The notes: generated by a model from the sequence alone, not told the origin. DNA of 64,000 nucleotides from Terriglobia bacterium (GCA_963786745.1 CAWBAE010000003.1:106082-170081), one strand, 5' to 3'. Positions 28,873 through 38,941 are shown, counted from the first letter of the stretch. Translations and numbers: made by a program.

Positions 28873-30774
28873 ATGAAACGCACTCTGTTGTCCCTGTTGA
28901 TAGTAACTGCCACCGCCGCGGGAATGTTGCTGGCCCAGGATCAGGATCAAGATCTAGGCGGGCAGCCGCCTCCGCCTCCCGCCGGTCAGCAGCCCGGACC
29001 CGACGGACAACCAGGACAACCAGGTCCAGGGGCAGGGCAATACGAACCGGGCAGGGCAGTGGCGCGCATCAGCATTCTGAACGGCGACGTCTCGGTGCGG
29101 CGCGGCGACTCAGGCGACGTAGTGGCGGCCGTCATCAATAACCCGATCATGGCGGACGACCGGGTGCTCACCGGCGCCAACGCCCGCGCGGAAGTACAGC
29201 TGGACTTCGGCAATGTGGTTCGCATCGCGCCGAATTCCGAAGTTCGATTCGTTGGAATGGACGTGAAAGGCTTTCAGCTTCAGGTGGCCGCCGGCAGCGT
29301 GACGTTCCGCGTTCTGCGCCCCAGCCAGGCCCAGGCCGAAGTGGACACTCCCAGCGTCGCCATGCATCCCCTGCGGCAGGGCGCTTATCGCGTGACGGTG
29401 AATGAAGACGGCACTTCGCAGATCACGGTCCGCTCCGGTGAAGCGGAAATATACAGCCAGAACGGCAGCGAGCAATTGCAGCAGGGCCAGACCATGAACG
29501 CGCGCGGCCCGGCCAACGATCCCGAATTTCAAGTAGTGCAAGCCATCGCGCCGGATGCCTGGGACCGCTGGAATGACGACCGCGATCGGCTGCTGCTCAG
29601 GTCGCAAAGCTATCGCTATGTCAGCCCGCAAATGTCGGGCGCCGAAGATTTGGATCAATACGGCCAGTGGGGCAACGATCCGACTTATGGCAATGTGTGG
29701 ACACCCAGCAATGTGCCGCCCGGATGGTCGCCTTATAGCAACGGCCGCTGGGTTTGGGAAGACTGGTATGGATGGACCTGGGTGAGCTACGATCCTTGGG
29801 GCTGGGCTCCGTATCACTACGGGCGCTGGTTCATGGGCCCGGTGGGCTGGTCCTGGTATCCGGGACCGATCTATGGCAACTACTTGTGGTCTCCGGCTCT
29901 GGTCGGTTTCTTTGGATTCGGCGGCGGATTCGGCGTAGGCTTCGGATTCGGCGGCATCGGATGGGTTCCGCTGGCGCCGTTCGAAGTGCTGCATCCCTGG
30001 TGGGGCCGTGGATTCTACGGCGGATTCCGGACCGGCGCGTTCGGCACCAGCATCGTGAACAATACGAACATCGCCAACACCTATCGCAACGCGCGAGTGG
30101 CGGGCGGAGCGATCGGCGTCAACACGGCGGACTTCGGACGCCGCGGCGGTTACTCGGCGCTCAACTCCAGCCAGCTCCGATCAGCTGGCCTGGTGCATGG
30201 CGCGTTGCCGGTATCGCCGGACCGCTCGAGCTTGCGGGCAACGGATCGCGCGGCGGGCGCGAGTGCCGCGCAGAGCCGCAACCAGAGTTTCGCCAGCCAT
30301 GCACAAGCGGCGCGGGTGGACCGTGTTTCATTCGATCAACAGCAGCGCGGCATTCAGCAGATGTCTCGTTCCAACTTGACCAGCAGCAGCGCCGGACGCA
30401 CCGGAGCAGGGAACGCGGGCGCATCGAGCGCGGCCAGCCACGGATGGAGCCGCTTCGGCGAGCCGATTCATGGATCCAGCGGCAGTGCAGCTGGCGGCCA
30501 ATCCGGATCCGCGGCGCGGGGCTCTTACGGCGGATATAACGGTTCCGCGTATGCGCGGCCGGGCGGCTCGGCTTACGCTTCGGGTCCCCGCGGAGCCTAC
30601 GGCGGAAGCGGCCAGGCGGTGCGAATCAGCCCGTCCATCGTACAGCAGCGCTCGTCCGGAGGTTCGTCCGCGCAGCGCGGCGCTCCGTCGCGGAGCGCAC
30701 CGAGCTACGGCGGCCGGTCGAGCGGCGGCGGACATGCCTCTAGCGGCGGTCACGGCGGCGGCGGACACCGCTAA
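28873..30774 (+). CDS. Secreted FecR-like/DUF6600-like protein with Pro/Gly/Gln-rich N-terminus and Gly/Ser-rich tail
   Basis: 633 aa with a signal peptide. RISILNGDVSVRRGDSGD...ANARAEVQLDFGNVVRIAPNSEVRF is a FecR-like beta domain. Trp-rich WGWAPYHYGRWF...GWSWYPG block. Low-complexity C-terminus. Confidence 0.65.
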   Translation: MKRTLLSLLIVTATAAGMLLAQDQDQDLGGQPPPPPAGQQPGPDGQPGQPGPGAGQYEPGRAVARISILNGDVSVRRGDSGDVVAAVINNPIMADDRVLTGANARAEVQLDFGNVVRIAPNSEVRFVGMDVKGFQLQVAAGSVTFRVLRPSQAQAEVDTPSVAMHPLRQGAYRVTVNEDGTSQITVRSGEAEIYSQNGSEQLQQGQTMNARGPANDPEFQVVQAIAPDAWDRWNDDRDRLLLRSQSYRYVSPQMSGAEDLDQYGQWGNDPTYGNVWTPSNVPPGWSPYSNGRWVWEDWYGWTWVSYDPWGWAPYHYGRWFMGPVGWSWYPGPIYGNYLWSPALVGFFGFGGGFGVGFGFGGIGWVPLAPFEVLHPWWGRGFYGGFRTGAFGTSIVNNTNIANTYRNARVAGGAIGVNTADFGRRGGYSALNSSQLRSAGLVHGALPVSPDRSSLRATDRAAGASAAQSRNQSFASHAQAARVDRVSFDQQQRGIQQMSRSNLTSSSAGRTGAGNAGASSAASHGWSRFGEPIHGSSGSAAGGQSGSAARGSYGGYNGSAYARPGGSAYASGPRGAYGGSGQAVRISPSIVQQRSSGGSSAQRGAPSRSAPSYGGRSSGGGHASSGGHGGGGHR

Positions 30775-30805
30775 GCGAAATCAGAAATTACACTTTCTTC
30801 CCTCA

Positions 30806-30847
30806 GGCCCGAAGACGCACCTCCCAGCGAATTCGGGCCCTTTTTTT
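30806..30847 (+). terminator. Rho-independent terminator candidate
   Basis: ggcccgaa (30806-13) pairs with ttcgggcc (30832-39), followed by c + ttttttt. Lies 32 nt after the stop at 30774. Confidence 0.6.
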
Positions 30848-30931
30848 AACAATTTATCTGAGGTGAAGTGAATAACGTCCGGATGCATCAGGCGGCGCCC
30901 TCACGAAAGCAGGGAGCCGCTATCACACGCG

Positions 30932-31909
30932 TTACCCCCTAAGGTTTCCGGCGCTGGAAGCTCCAGGCAGGAGCAAGAGCTTGCCATGAGCCTTCTTGCT
31001 CATGCTTAGCTCCGCCGCCTCACGCCAATCTTCCAAGGCGAACGTTCGGGCAATCGGAATCGAAAAGCGCCCTTCCGCGGCAAGCTGTGCGTAGTGACTG
31101 AGCACGTCATAGCGAAGGGTAGCGCCCTTCTGCTGCCAGGCGGTGCGAACTCCGATACCTTCTTCGTCCCGATCCGCAAAACTGAAGACACGTTTGGGAT
31201 CGCCGTCCACGATCTTGACCAGATCGGGCAGAGTGCCCTTGACCTGAGCGGTATGTAGCGCAAAGTCCGGCGCTCCGCCTGCGAGTTCGCGAACGCGCTC
31301 GACCATTCCGTCGCCGTAGGGCGTCACCTTCGCTCCGATTTCACGCAGGCGCTCGGCGAACGTCTCGCCTGCGGATGCGATGACATGTGCGCCGCGAAGC
31401 AGTGCGATTTGAACGGCGGCGAATCCCGTCATGGTTCCACCACCGTTGACCATAAGGGTCTGGCCGGCGGTCAGGGGGAGGAGATCGATGCTTCGAGCCG
31501 CTGTCTCGACTGCCATGGGAAGCGCGGCAGCCTCAGCGATATCTAGTCCCTCTGGAATGGGCAAGAAGACTTTGAGGATGGAATACTCGGCGGCCCCGCC
31601 AGTCGGGTAGCCGATGTAATCGGGAACACCGAAGACAAGATCGCCGAGGTTGACGTTCGTAGCTCCTTCGCCGAGTGCGTCCACGGTTCCGGAGACATCA
31701 AACCCGATTCCTATTGGAGGAGGAACGGGCAAGAAGCCTTCGCACACGGCCCAATCCGCGGGGTTGAGTGCGCAGGCATGGACACGCACACGCACTTGCC
31801 CGGCGCCCGGGCTGGGAATAGCAACATCCTCCAGGCGTAGTACGTCGAAGGGCTTGCCGTAGGTTTGGAGACGAAGTGCTTTCATCGTGATCGGCTTTTG
31901 ATTGGTCAT
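30932..31909 (-). CDS. NADP-dependent quinone oxidoreductase / zinc-type alcohol dehydrogenase-like (MDR) protein
   Basis: 325 aa. MKALRL..YGKP..L...PSPGAGQVRVRVHACALNPADW and a GGGTMTGFAAVQIA Rossmann segment. Confidence 0.85.
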   Translation of the reverse strand: MTNQKPITMKALRLQTYGKPFDVLRLEDVAIPSPGAGQVRVRVHACALNPADWAVCEGFLPVPPPIGIGFDVSGTVDALGEGATNVNLGDLVFGVPDYIGYPTGGAAEYSILKVFLPIPEGLDIAEAAALPMAVETAARSIDLLPLTAGQTLMVNGGGTMTGFAAVQIALLRGAHVIASAGETFAERLREIGAKVTPYGDGMVERVRELAGGAPDFALHTAQVKGTLPDLVKIVDGDPKRVFSFADRDEEGIGVRTAWQQKGATLRYDVLSHYAQLAAEGRFSIPIARTFALEDWREAAELSMSKKAHGKLLLLPGASSAGNLRG

Positions 31910-31975
31910 AGAGTTCTCAACGAGGATGACAGTCGTACAATCCCGGCCCGTGAGCTAGAATTGTCGGTGAGGAAC

Positions 31976-32027
31976 ATATATCGTCAGTCACTGACAAACA
32001 TTAACACATATCGTCAGTGGCTGACAA
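31976..32027. promoter_or_regulatory. Two tandem palindromic operator candidates in the divergent tetR / oxidoreductase intergenic region
   Basis: atatcGTCAGTcACTGACaa (core 31983-31995) and atatcGTCAGtggCTGACaa (core 32013-32025). About 20/22 identical units with a 30-bp period. The second ends 16 nt before the TetR start codon. Confidence 0.5.
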
Positions 32028-32042
32028 TACGACAGGGGATCG

Positions 32043-32657
32043 ATGCCAAGAAACGGGCAGGCAGTACGGAAGCGTCTTCAGTGGGCGGCACTGGAGCTGT
32101 ACCGCGAGCGCGGGTATGAGGAGACCACAGCGGCTGAGATTGCCGCCAAGGCGGGCGTGACAGAGCGGACGTTCTTTCGTCACTTTCCAGACAAGCGAGA
32201 GGTGCTATTCGACGGCGACGCCGTGTTCCGTGAAGCGCTGACGATGGCGGTACGTAACGCTCCTGAAGCGCTGGGCCCCTGGGATACTCTGTTTTTCGCT
32301 TTCAACTCCGTGAAGCAGATGTTTGTTGAGAACCGTCCGTTCACTGAACCTCGTCACAGTGTGATTGCCAGTAGCCCCGCACTGCAGGAACGCGCGATGG
32401 CTAAAACCAGATCGTTGATCGCCGCGGTGGCATCGGCGCTGTCGAAGCGCGGCCTGACAGTTCCACAGGCGAATCTGGCGGCACAGATGGGCATGGCTAC
32501 ACTCAGCCATGGCGTGTCGGCATGGTTCAAGGACTCTTCGATTGATTTGGGTAAGCATCTCGTCAGAGCCTTTGAGGAGGCGCGCGATCTCTCTTCGTCG
32601 AACATAGCGATCGCGAGGGGGAAACGGAGAGCTCGACGCCTCCAGGAAAAGGCATGA
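32043..32657 (+). CDS. TetR/AcrR family transcriptional regulator
   Basis: 204 aa. N-terminal HTH AALELYRERGYEETTAAEIAAKAGVTERTFFRHF is the canonical TetR_N. Confidence 0.9.
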   Translation: MPRNGQAVRKRLQWAALELYRERGYEETTAAEIAAKAGVTERTFFRHFPDKREVLFDGDAVFREALTMAVRNAPEALGPWDTLFFAFNSVKQMFVENRPFTEPRHSVIASSPALQERAMAKTRSLIAAVASALSKRGLTVPQANLAAQMGMATLSHGVSAWFKDSSIDLGKHLVRAFEEARDLSSSNIAIARGKRRARRLQEKA

Positions 32658-32713
32658 CTGCCTTGACAGCGTGGAATGCGTTGCCGCGATACCTTGGTGT
32701 TTGAGGTGTACCC

Positions 32714-33616
32714 ATGAAAATTGTAGTTACGGGTTCGTTAGGACACATCAGCAAACCACTCACACAGGAGGTAGCGCAAAAGCATTCAGTTTCGGTTATC
32801 AGCAGCCAGCCAGGCAGGCAAAAAGACATTGAAGCGCTGGGAGCCGCGGCTGCCATCGGTTCGATAGAAGACGTTCAATTTCTTACGGCAACCTTTAAGG
32901 GCGCGGATGCGGTGTACGCGATGCTGCCCCCGCTAAACTTTTCCGATCCCAACCTGGACCTGATGGCGCAGTACCGCAAGCTTGCCAATAACTATGCGCA
33001 GGCCATCCAACAGTCGGGCGTAAAGCGTGTGGTTCACCTGAGCAGCGTTGGCGCCCATCTGAATAAGGGTACGGGTCTCATTCTTCTGCATCATCAAGCC
33101 GAAGAAATCATGGGCAAGCTGTCAGGCGTCAACATCACCATCATGCGCCCGGTGGGGTTCTACTACAACTTATACGGCTTTTTGCCGGGCATCAAAGCAA
33201 CTGGAGCCATTGCATCCAACTACGGCGCGGACGATAGGATGCCGTGGGTGTCGCCACTCGACATTGCCTCGGCCATCGCTGAAGAACTTGCGGCGCCATC
33301 GGGCGCAAAGCTGGTTGGCAAAAAGGTGCGTTACGTGGCAAGCGATGAGCTGACCTGTAACGAGGTAGCCGGCATTTTGGGCGCTGCTATCGGTAAGCCG
33401 GATTTGAAATGGTCGCTCATTCCGGATGAACAAGTGCAAAGCGGTTTTGAAAAAATGGGGATGAGCAAAGCGCTGGCGGCTGGGTTTGCCGAGATGCAGG
33501 CATGCATGCACAAGGGTCCGTTTTACGAGGACTACTATCTGCACATGCCGGCCCTGGGCAAAGTCAAGATGAAGGATTTCGCCAAGGAATTCGCCGCTGC
33601 TTATAAGCAGGGCTGA
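32714..33616 (+). CDS. NmrA-like / NAD(P)H-binding atypical SDR
   Basis: 300 aa. MKIVVTGSLGHISKPL Rossmann start and NmrA-like length. Noticeably lower GC than the window average. Confidence 0.8.
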   Translation: MKIVVTGSLGHISKPLTQEVAQKHSVSVISSQPGRQKDIEALGAAAAIGSIEDVQFLTATFKGADAVYAMLPPLNFSDPNLDLMAQYRKLANNYAQAIQQSGVKRVVHLSSVGAHLNKGTGLILLHHQAEEIMGKLSGVNITIMRPVGFYYNLYGFLPGIKATGAIASNYGADDRMPWVSPLDIASAIAEELAAPSGAKLVGKKVRYVASDELTCNEVAGILGAAIGKPDLKWSLIPDEQVQSGFEKMGMSKALAAGFAEMQACMHKGPFYEDYYLHMPALGKVKMKDFAKEFAAAYKQG

Positions 33617-33669
33617 CCTCAAACATCTAAGAGACGGGCAGGGCGTTGGGATAAGATGGCGAAGTAGCG

Positions 33670-34488
33670 ATGCCAAACTACGAAGCCGCGCTATCTGACT
33701 ACGTCAAGTTCGACTTTACCGGCGGTGCGCCTGGCCACGACAAGCCTGGCCAGCAATGGACGCGCCCGGTGTACCGGCGCGGCTCCGGGCCCGCGGTGAT
33801 CGTGATCCACGAGATTCCCGGACTCCATCCGCTGGTGGTACGCTTCGCCGATCGGGTGATGCGGGCGGGCATGACCGTCTTTCTGCCCAGCCTGTTTGGC
33901 GAGGACGGCCGCCCGGCGAGTATCCCTTATGCGATCGGCTCCATGATCAAAACGATTTGCATCCGGCGTGAATTTTCGTTGTGGTCGGCAGGGAAGTCGA
34001 GCCCGATCGTCGAGTGGCTGCGCGCGCTGGCCCGCAAAGCGCATGCCGAGTGCGGCGGCAAGGGCGTGGGAGCGGTGGGCATGTGCTTCACCGGCGGCTA
34101 CGCGCTGGCGATGATGACGGAGCCGGCCGTGGTTGCGCCGGTGCTGTCGCAACCCTCCATGCCGATGCAGCCGGGCGCGGCGGGCGCGGCCGGAATCGAC
34201 GCATCACCCGAGGAAGTCGCCTGCGCGAAGCGGCGATTCAACGATGAGGGGCTCTCCATGATCGGCCTGCGCTTCAAGAGCGACCGGTTCGTTCCCGACG
34301 CGCGCTTTGCGACCTACCGCCGCGAGTTCGGCGACAAGTTCGAAGCGATCGAACTGGAGGACCAGGATGCGCAGCCGGCGCCGACCAGCCCGCATTCGGT
34401 GCTCACGATCCATTTGAAGGAGACCGGACCCACCAAAGCGGCCGAGCAACGCGTGATCGCGTTTTTCAAGGAACGGACGGGTGCGTAA
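33670..34488 (+). CDS. Dienelactone hydrolase family protein
   Basis: 272 aa. GPAVIVIHEIPGL and a nucleophile elbow GMCFTGG, typical of DLH-family alpha/beta hydrolases. Confidence 0.8.
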   Translation: MPNYEAALSDYVKFDFTGGAPGHDKPGQQWTRPVYRRGSGPAVIVIHEIPGLHPLVVRFADRVMRAGMTVFLPSLFGEDGRPASIPYAIGSMIKTICIRREFSLWSAGKSSPIVEWLRALARKAHAECGGKGVGAVGMCFTGGYALAMMTEPAVVAPVLSQPSMPMQPGAAGAAGIDASPEEVACAKRRFNDEGLSMIGLRFKSDRFVPDARFATYRREFGDKFEAIELEDQDAQPAPTSPHSVLTIHLKETGPTKAAEQRVIAFFKERTGA

Positions 34489-34528
34489 GGTTTTGCGTGT
34501 AGCTACAAAGTAACTACAATAGATTAAG

Positions 34529-34806
34529 GTGTCATTCGAGTGGGATGACCGCAAAGCCGAGTTGAATGTCGCGACCCACGGCGTACCGTTCGAATTCGCG
34601 GCACGGGTCTTTCTGGACCCCCACCGGCTGGACGGCCAGGATGCCCGCCGCGATTATAGCGAACCGAGGCGGATCACCCTGGGCGAGATCGAAGGGCGGC
34701 TTTTCGTGGTCGCTTATACGATGCGAGGCCAATTGATCCGCTTGATTCGGCTCGAAAGGCGAACCGTCGTGAAAAGAGGAAGTATGAAGAGACGCTACAA
34801 GCTTGA
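34529..34806 (+). pseudogene. brnT: BrnT-family (DUF497) toxin, with a -1 frameshift near 34745-34747 that fuses it in frame to brnA
   Basis: MSFEWDDRKAELNVATHGVPFEFAARVFLDP...GRLFVVAYTMRGQLIRLI is BrnT-like. The canonical C-terminus SARKANRREKRKYEETLQA* is present only in the -1 frame (34747..34806). Confidence 0.75.
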
Positions 34807-35068
34807 TCCGAAGAAGCCGAGGAAACTGACGCCCGCGTCGGCGCGGCGTTTGGATAAAACGGCGATCGACTATTCCGACATCCCGCCGCTCGGGGACGAG
34901 TTCTTTGCGAAGGCAGCCGCGGATCGCGTTGCGGTCAAGCACCAGTTGACCATCCGCCTGGACGCGGACGTGCTGAACTGGCTGAAGTCGAATGGCAGGG
35001 GCTATCAAACGCGCATCAATCGGATACTGAGGGCGGCCATGACTTACAGCAAAGTTGACATAATATAA
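34784..35068 (+). CDS. brnA: BrnA-family antitoxin
   Basis: MKRRYKLDPKKPRKLTPASARRLDKTAIDYSDIPPLGDEFF...QLTIRLDADVLNWLKSNGRGYQTRINRILRAAM is the BrnA pattern, including the RHH-like end. Its start overlaps the restored brnT 3' end by 23 nt. Confidence 0.8.
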   Translation: MKRRYKLDPKKPRKLTPASARRLDKTAIDYSDIPPLGDEFFAKAAADRVAVKHQLTIRLDADVLNWLKSNGRGYQTRINRILRAAMTYSKVDII

Positions 35069-35107
35069 GTTATCGGAAGTTTGGAACACCCCAGACCTGA
35101 AGGCGAT

Positions 35108-36142
35108 TCAGGCCTTCAACAGTCCTAACCGCACCAGGCTCTCGGCCGTCGCCACAATCGAATCCTCCCTCGATCGCGGCGTCCAGCCCAGCAGACGCCG
35201 GGCCTTCTGGTTGCTCGCGTTCTTCAGCTTGCCGAGCTCGGGCAGTATCTGCTTCACCGCCGGATCCCGCATCGCCGCCAGGCGCACCAGAAAGTCCGGC
35301 AGTTGCCGCGTCGGAACTTTTTTGGCCGCGTCGCCCATCCGACTTTTCAGAACTTTCGCGATCTCCACCAGCGGCATGAAATCCCCGGACACCGCCAGAA
35401 AGCGCTCGCCCTTCGCAGCCGGATTCGTCATCGCGCGGATGTGCAGGTCAGCCACGTCGCGCACGTCCACGGCGCCGAAATACATCCGCGGACAGCCCGG
35501 CATGGCGCCCGTCATCAGCCGCTGGACTAACAATATCGACGTCGCATAATCGGGCCCCAGCACCGGACCGAACACGCCCACCGGATTGATTACCGCGAGC
35601 TCCAGTTCCCCGCCTTCCTTGGCGATAAAATCCCAGGCCGCCCGCTCCGCCAGGGTTTTCGATTTCACGTACGGCAGCACGTCTTCGCCGGCGGGATCCG
35701 TCCAGTTGGTCTCGTCGAACGGCTTGTCCTGCAGCTTCTGCCCATAGCCGATGGCCGCGAACGACGATGTCAGCACCACCCGCTTGACGCCTGCGTCCCG
35801 CGCGGCCCTTAGCACCCGTAGAGCGCCTTCGCGCGCAGGCACGATCAGCTCGTCCTCGTGCTTGGGGATGCTGGACGGAAACGGCGACGCCACGTGTAGC
35901 ACGTATTCGCAGCCGGCCACGGCTTCCTTCCAGCCTGCGTCGTTTTCAAGATCGGCGGCAATGAAACTCAACCGATCGCCCGGCTCCGCGCCGCCTTGCT
36001 TTAACATTGCCCGCACGTCGCCCTCGCGCTTCAGGGACCGAACCGTGGTCCGCACCCGATAGCCCTTTTCCAGAAGCTGCAGGATGCAGTGCGAGCCCAC
36101 GAATCCCGACCCGCCCGTAACCAGCACCAATTCGCCGCTCAT
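35108..36142 (-). CDS. NAD-dependent epimerase/dehydratase family SDR (aldehyde/dihydroflavonol-reductase-like)
   Basis: 344 aa. VLVTGGSGFVGSHCILQLLEKGYRVRTTVR and the YVKSK (YxxxK) catalytic motif. Confidence 0.88.
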   Translation of the reverse strand: MSGELVLVTGGSGFVGSHCILQLLEKGYRVRTTVRSLKREGDVRAMLKQGGAEPGDRLSFIAADLENDAGWKEAVAGCEYVLHVASPFPSSIPKHEDELIVPAREGALRVLRAARDAGVKRVVLTSSFAAIGYGQKLQDKPFDETNWTDPAGEDVLPYVKSKTLAERAAWDFIAKEGGELELAVINPVGVFGPVLGPDYATSILLVQRLMTGAMPGCPRMYFGAVDVRDVADLHIRAMTNPAAKGERFLAVSGDFMPLVEIAKVLKSRMGDAAKKVPTRQLPDFLVRLAAMRDPAVKQILPELGKLKNASNQKARRLLGWTPRSREDSIVATAESLVRLGLLKA

Positions 36143-36197
36143 GTCCAGCCTCCCAGTCTGTTCAAGGTATCACAAATGCGATGTCTTCCCTGCCCTC

Positions 36198-36226
36198 TTG
36201 CCAACATCCTATACGAGTAGTATACT
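36198..36226 (+). promoter_or_regulatory. Sigma70-type promoter candidate for clpB
   Basis: TTGCCA (36198-203), 17 nt spacer, TATACT (36221-226). Lies 64 nt upstream of the clpB ATG. Confidence 0.45.
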
Positions 36227-36289
36227 GATATTAGTTGATAGTAACGCACTAAGGTTTAGCGCCGTCTTATCAACAGGAATCGAGCCCCA

Positions 36290-38935
36290 ATGGACTTCAA
36301 CCGATTCACCGAAAAAATGCAGGAGGCCGTCCGAGCCGCCCAATCCATCGCCGTCCAGCATGGAAACCAGCAGCTCGACGTCGAGCACCTGCTGCTGGCC
36401 CTGCTTGAACAAGAAGGTGGACTTGCACCCTCTATCCTCAACAAAGCAGACGTTCGAACCGATGCGCTCCGCAGCCGGATTCAGCAGGAAATCGACCGTC
36501 TTCCCAAGGTCTCAGGTCCGGCCGCCAACCCCGACCAGGTCTACGTCACCCCCCGGATCACCAAGCTGGTAACGAACGCGGAAAACGAAGCCAAGCGGCT
36601 TAAGGACGATTACACCTCGGTAGAGCACGTCCTGCTGGCCGCCACTGAGGATGCCGGTCCAACCGGCAAGCTGTTCCGGGAATTCGGCATCTCGCGCGAG
36701 CGCCTGATGCGCGCTTTGCAGGAGGTCCGGGGCAGCCAGCGAGTGACCACTCAGAACCCGGAAGCCACCTACGAAGCCCTCGAAAAATACGGTCGGGACC
36801 TCACCCAGATGGCTTCCCAAAACAAGCTCGATCCGGTGATCGGGCGCGATGACGAGATCCGGAGGGTGATCCAGGTCCTTTCGCGGCGCACCAAGAACAA
36901 TCCGGTGCTCATCGGCGAGCCTGGCGTCGGCAAAACCGCCATCGTGGAAGGTCTCGCCGGCCGAATCATACGCGGCGACGTACCTGAAGGCTTGAAGGAC
37001 AAGCGGGTGGTGGCGCTGGATATGGGAGCTCTGATCGCCGGCGCGAAGTTCCGCGGCGAATTTGAGGAACGCCTAAAGGCTGTTCTGAAGGAAGTCCAAA
37101 GCTCCGAAGGGCAGGTAATCCTCTTCATCGACGAGCTGCACACCGTTGTCGGCGCAGGTAAGGCCGAAGGCGCCATGGATGCGGGCAATTTGCTCAAGCC
37201 CATGCTGGCGCGCGGCGAACTGCATTGCATCGGCGCGACAACGCTGGACGAATACCGCAAGTACATCGAGAAAGACGCCGCGCTTGAACGCCGCTTCCAG
37301 ACCGTGTATGTGGATCAGCCCAGCGTCGAAGACACCATTTCCATCCTACGCGGCCTGCGCGAGCGCTACGAAATCCACCATGGCGTGAGGATCAAGGATT
37401 CCGCGCTGGTGGCGGCGGCGGTGCTCTCGAATCGCTATATCAGCGATCGCTTCCTGCCGGATAAAGCCATCGACCTGGTGGACGAAGCCGCGGCCAAGCT
37501 GAGAACCGAGATCGATTCCATGCCCGCAGACCTCGACGAGATCCTGCGCCGCATCATGCAGCTCGAAATCGAGCGCGAGGCTCTGAAGAAGGAATCCGAC
37601 GCCGCGTCCAAGGACCGGCTGAAGAAGCTGGAAAAGGAAGTGGCCGACTTGAAGTCGGAATCCACTGCCCTGCAAGCCCAGTGGCAGGCCGAGAAGCAAG
37701 CCGTGCAGCGGCTGCGTGGCCTGCGCGAGCAGATCGATCAGACGCGCACGGAGATCGAGAAAGCCGAACGGCAGTACGATCTAAACCGCGCCGCCGAACT
37801 TAAATACGGGAAGCTCACCGACCTCGAACGCCAGCTCAAGGAGCAGGAAACCCGCCTGGCCGAAAAGCAGACCGGCAAGCGGCTGCTCAAGGAAGAAGTG
37901 GACGAGGAAGACATCGCGGCGGTGGTCAGCCGCTGGACCGGGGTTCCGGTTTCAAAGCTCCTTGAAGGCGAAATGCAGAAGCTTTTGCATCTCGAAGATG
38001 AGCTGCACCAGCGCGTCATCGGCCAGGATGAAGCCGTCCGGGCGGTGGCGGAGGCCGTAATGCGGGCCCGTTCGGGGCTGAAAGATCCCAACCGGCCCAT
38101 CGGAAGCTTCATTTTTCTCGGGCCCACGGGCGTCGGAAAGACTGAACTGGCCCGGGCGCTGGCCGAATTCCTGTTCGACGACGAGCGGGCCATGATCCGC
38201 ATCGACATGTCCGAATACCAGGAAAAGCATGCAGTGGCAAGGCTTATCGGCGCGCCGCCCGGATATGTGGGCTACGAAGAAGGCGGGCAACTAACGGAGT
38301 CCGTCCGACGTCGTCCATACTGTGTGGTCCTTTTCGACGAAATTGAGAAGGCCCATGCCGACGTATTCAATGTCTTGCTGCAAATCCTGGACGACGGGCG
38401 TCTAACAGATGGACAGGGCCGCACCGTGGACTTCAAGAACACCATCGTGATCATGACCTCCAATATCGGGAGCCACCGGATACTCGAGTTTCGGGGCGAC
38501 TTTGAGTCCGAGTCCTACGAGCGGATGAAGGACGCGGTGCTCGAAGAGCTGCGGCACCATTTCCGGCCTGAGTTTCTGAACCGGGTGGACGAGACCATCG
38601 TGTTCCATTCGCTCTCGGAGCAGCACCTGAAGGAGATCGTCGAGATCCAGCTGAACGGCCTGAGGAAGCGGCTGGCCGAGCGGCACATCGAACTGGAACT
38701 GACGGATCGGGCTCGCGGACATCTGGTCCGCTCGGGCTACGATCCAAACTACGGCGCCCGTCCGTTGAAGCGGGCTATCCAGCGCGAAATTGAAACGCCA
38801 ATGGCGCGCAAGATCCTTGGAGGCGAGGTTCGCGACGGTCAGCGGGTCGTTGTCGATCTCGACAAATCGGAGAAACTTGTTTTTGAAACCAAAATCGCCA
38901 GCCGCGAGCGTGAAGCGGCTCTAAAGGAAGCTTGA
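36290..38935 (+). CDS. clpB: ATP-dependent chaperone ClpB
   Basis: 881 aa. Clp_N, two AAA+ modules ([16 protein letters not shown]) and a long middle coiled coil. Full length and uninterrupted. Confidence 0.97.
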   Translation: MDFNRFTEKMQEAVRAAQSIAVQHGNQQLDVEHLLLALLEQEGGLAPSILNKADVRTDALRSRIQQEIDRLPKVSGPAANPDQVYVTPRITKLVTNAENEAKRLKDDYTSVEHVLLAATEDAGPTGKLFREFGISRERLMRALQEVRGSQRVTTQNPEATYEALEKYGRDLTQMASQNKLDPVIGRDDEIRRVIQVLSRRTKNNPVLIGEPGVGKTAIVEGLAGRIIRGDVPEGLKDKRVVALDMGALIAGAKFRGEFEERLKAVLKEVQSSEGQVILFIDELHTVVGAGKAEGAMDAGNLLKPMLARGELHCIGATTLDEYRKYIEKDAALERRFQTVYVDQPSVEDTISILRGLRERYEIHHGVRIKDSALVAAAVLSNRYISDRFLPDKAIDLVDEAAAKLRTEIDSMPADLDEILRRIMQLEIEREALKKESDAASKDRLKKLEKEVADLKSESTALQAQWQAEKQAVQRLRGLREQIDQTRTEIEKAERQYDLNRAAELKYGKLTDLERQLKEQETRLAEKQTGKRLLKEEVDEEDIAAVVSRWTGVPVSKLLEGEMQKLLHLEDELHQRVIGQDEAVRAVAEAVMRARSGLKDPNRPIGSFIFLGPTGVGKTELARALAEFLFDDERAMIRIDMSEYQEKHAVARLIGAPPGYVGYEEGGQLTESVRRRPYCVVLFDEIEKAHADVFNVLLQILDDGRLTDGQGRTVDFKNTIVIMTSNIGSHRILEFRGDFESESYERMKDAVLEELRHHFRPEFLNRVDETIVFHSLSEQHLKEIVEIQLNGLRKRLAERHIELELTDRARGHLVRSGYDPNYGARPLKRAIQREIETPMARKILGGEVRDGQRVVVDLDKSEKLVFETKIASREREAALKEA

Positions 38936-38941
38936 AAAACT

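Noticed and set aside
36246-36262. CIRCE (HrcA) operator upstream of clpB.
   Set aside because: Only TTAGC-like half sites in an inside-out arrangement with a 3-nt spacer. It does not match TTAGCACTC-N9-GAGTGCTAA. Reported only as an unexplained inverted repeat.
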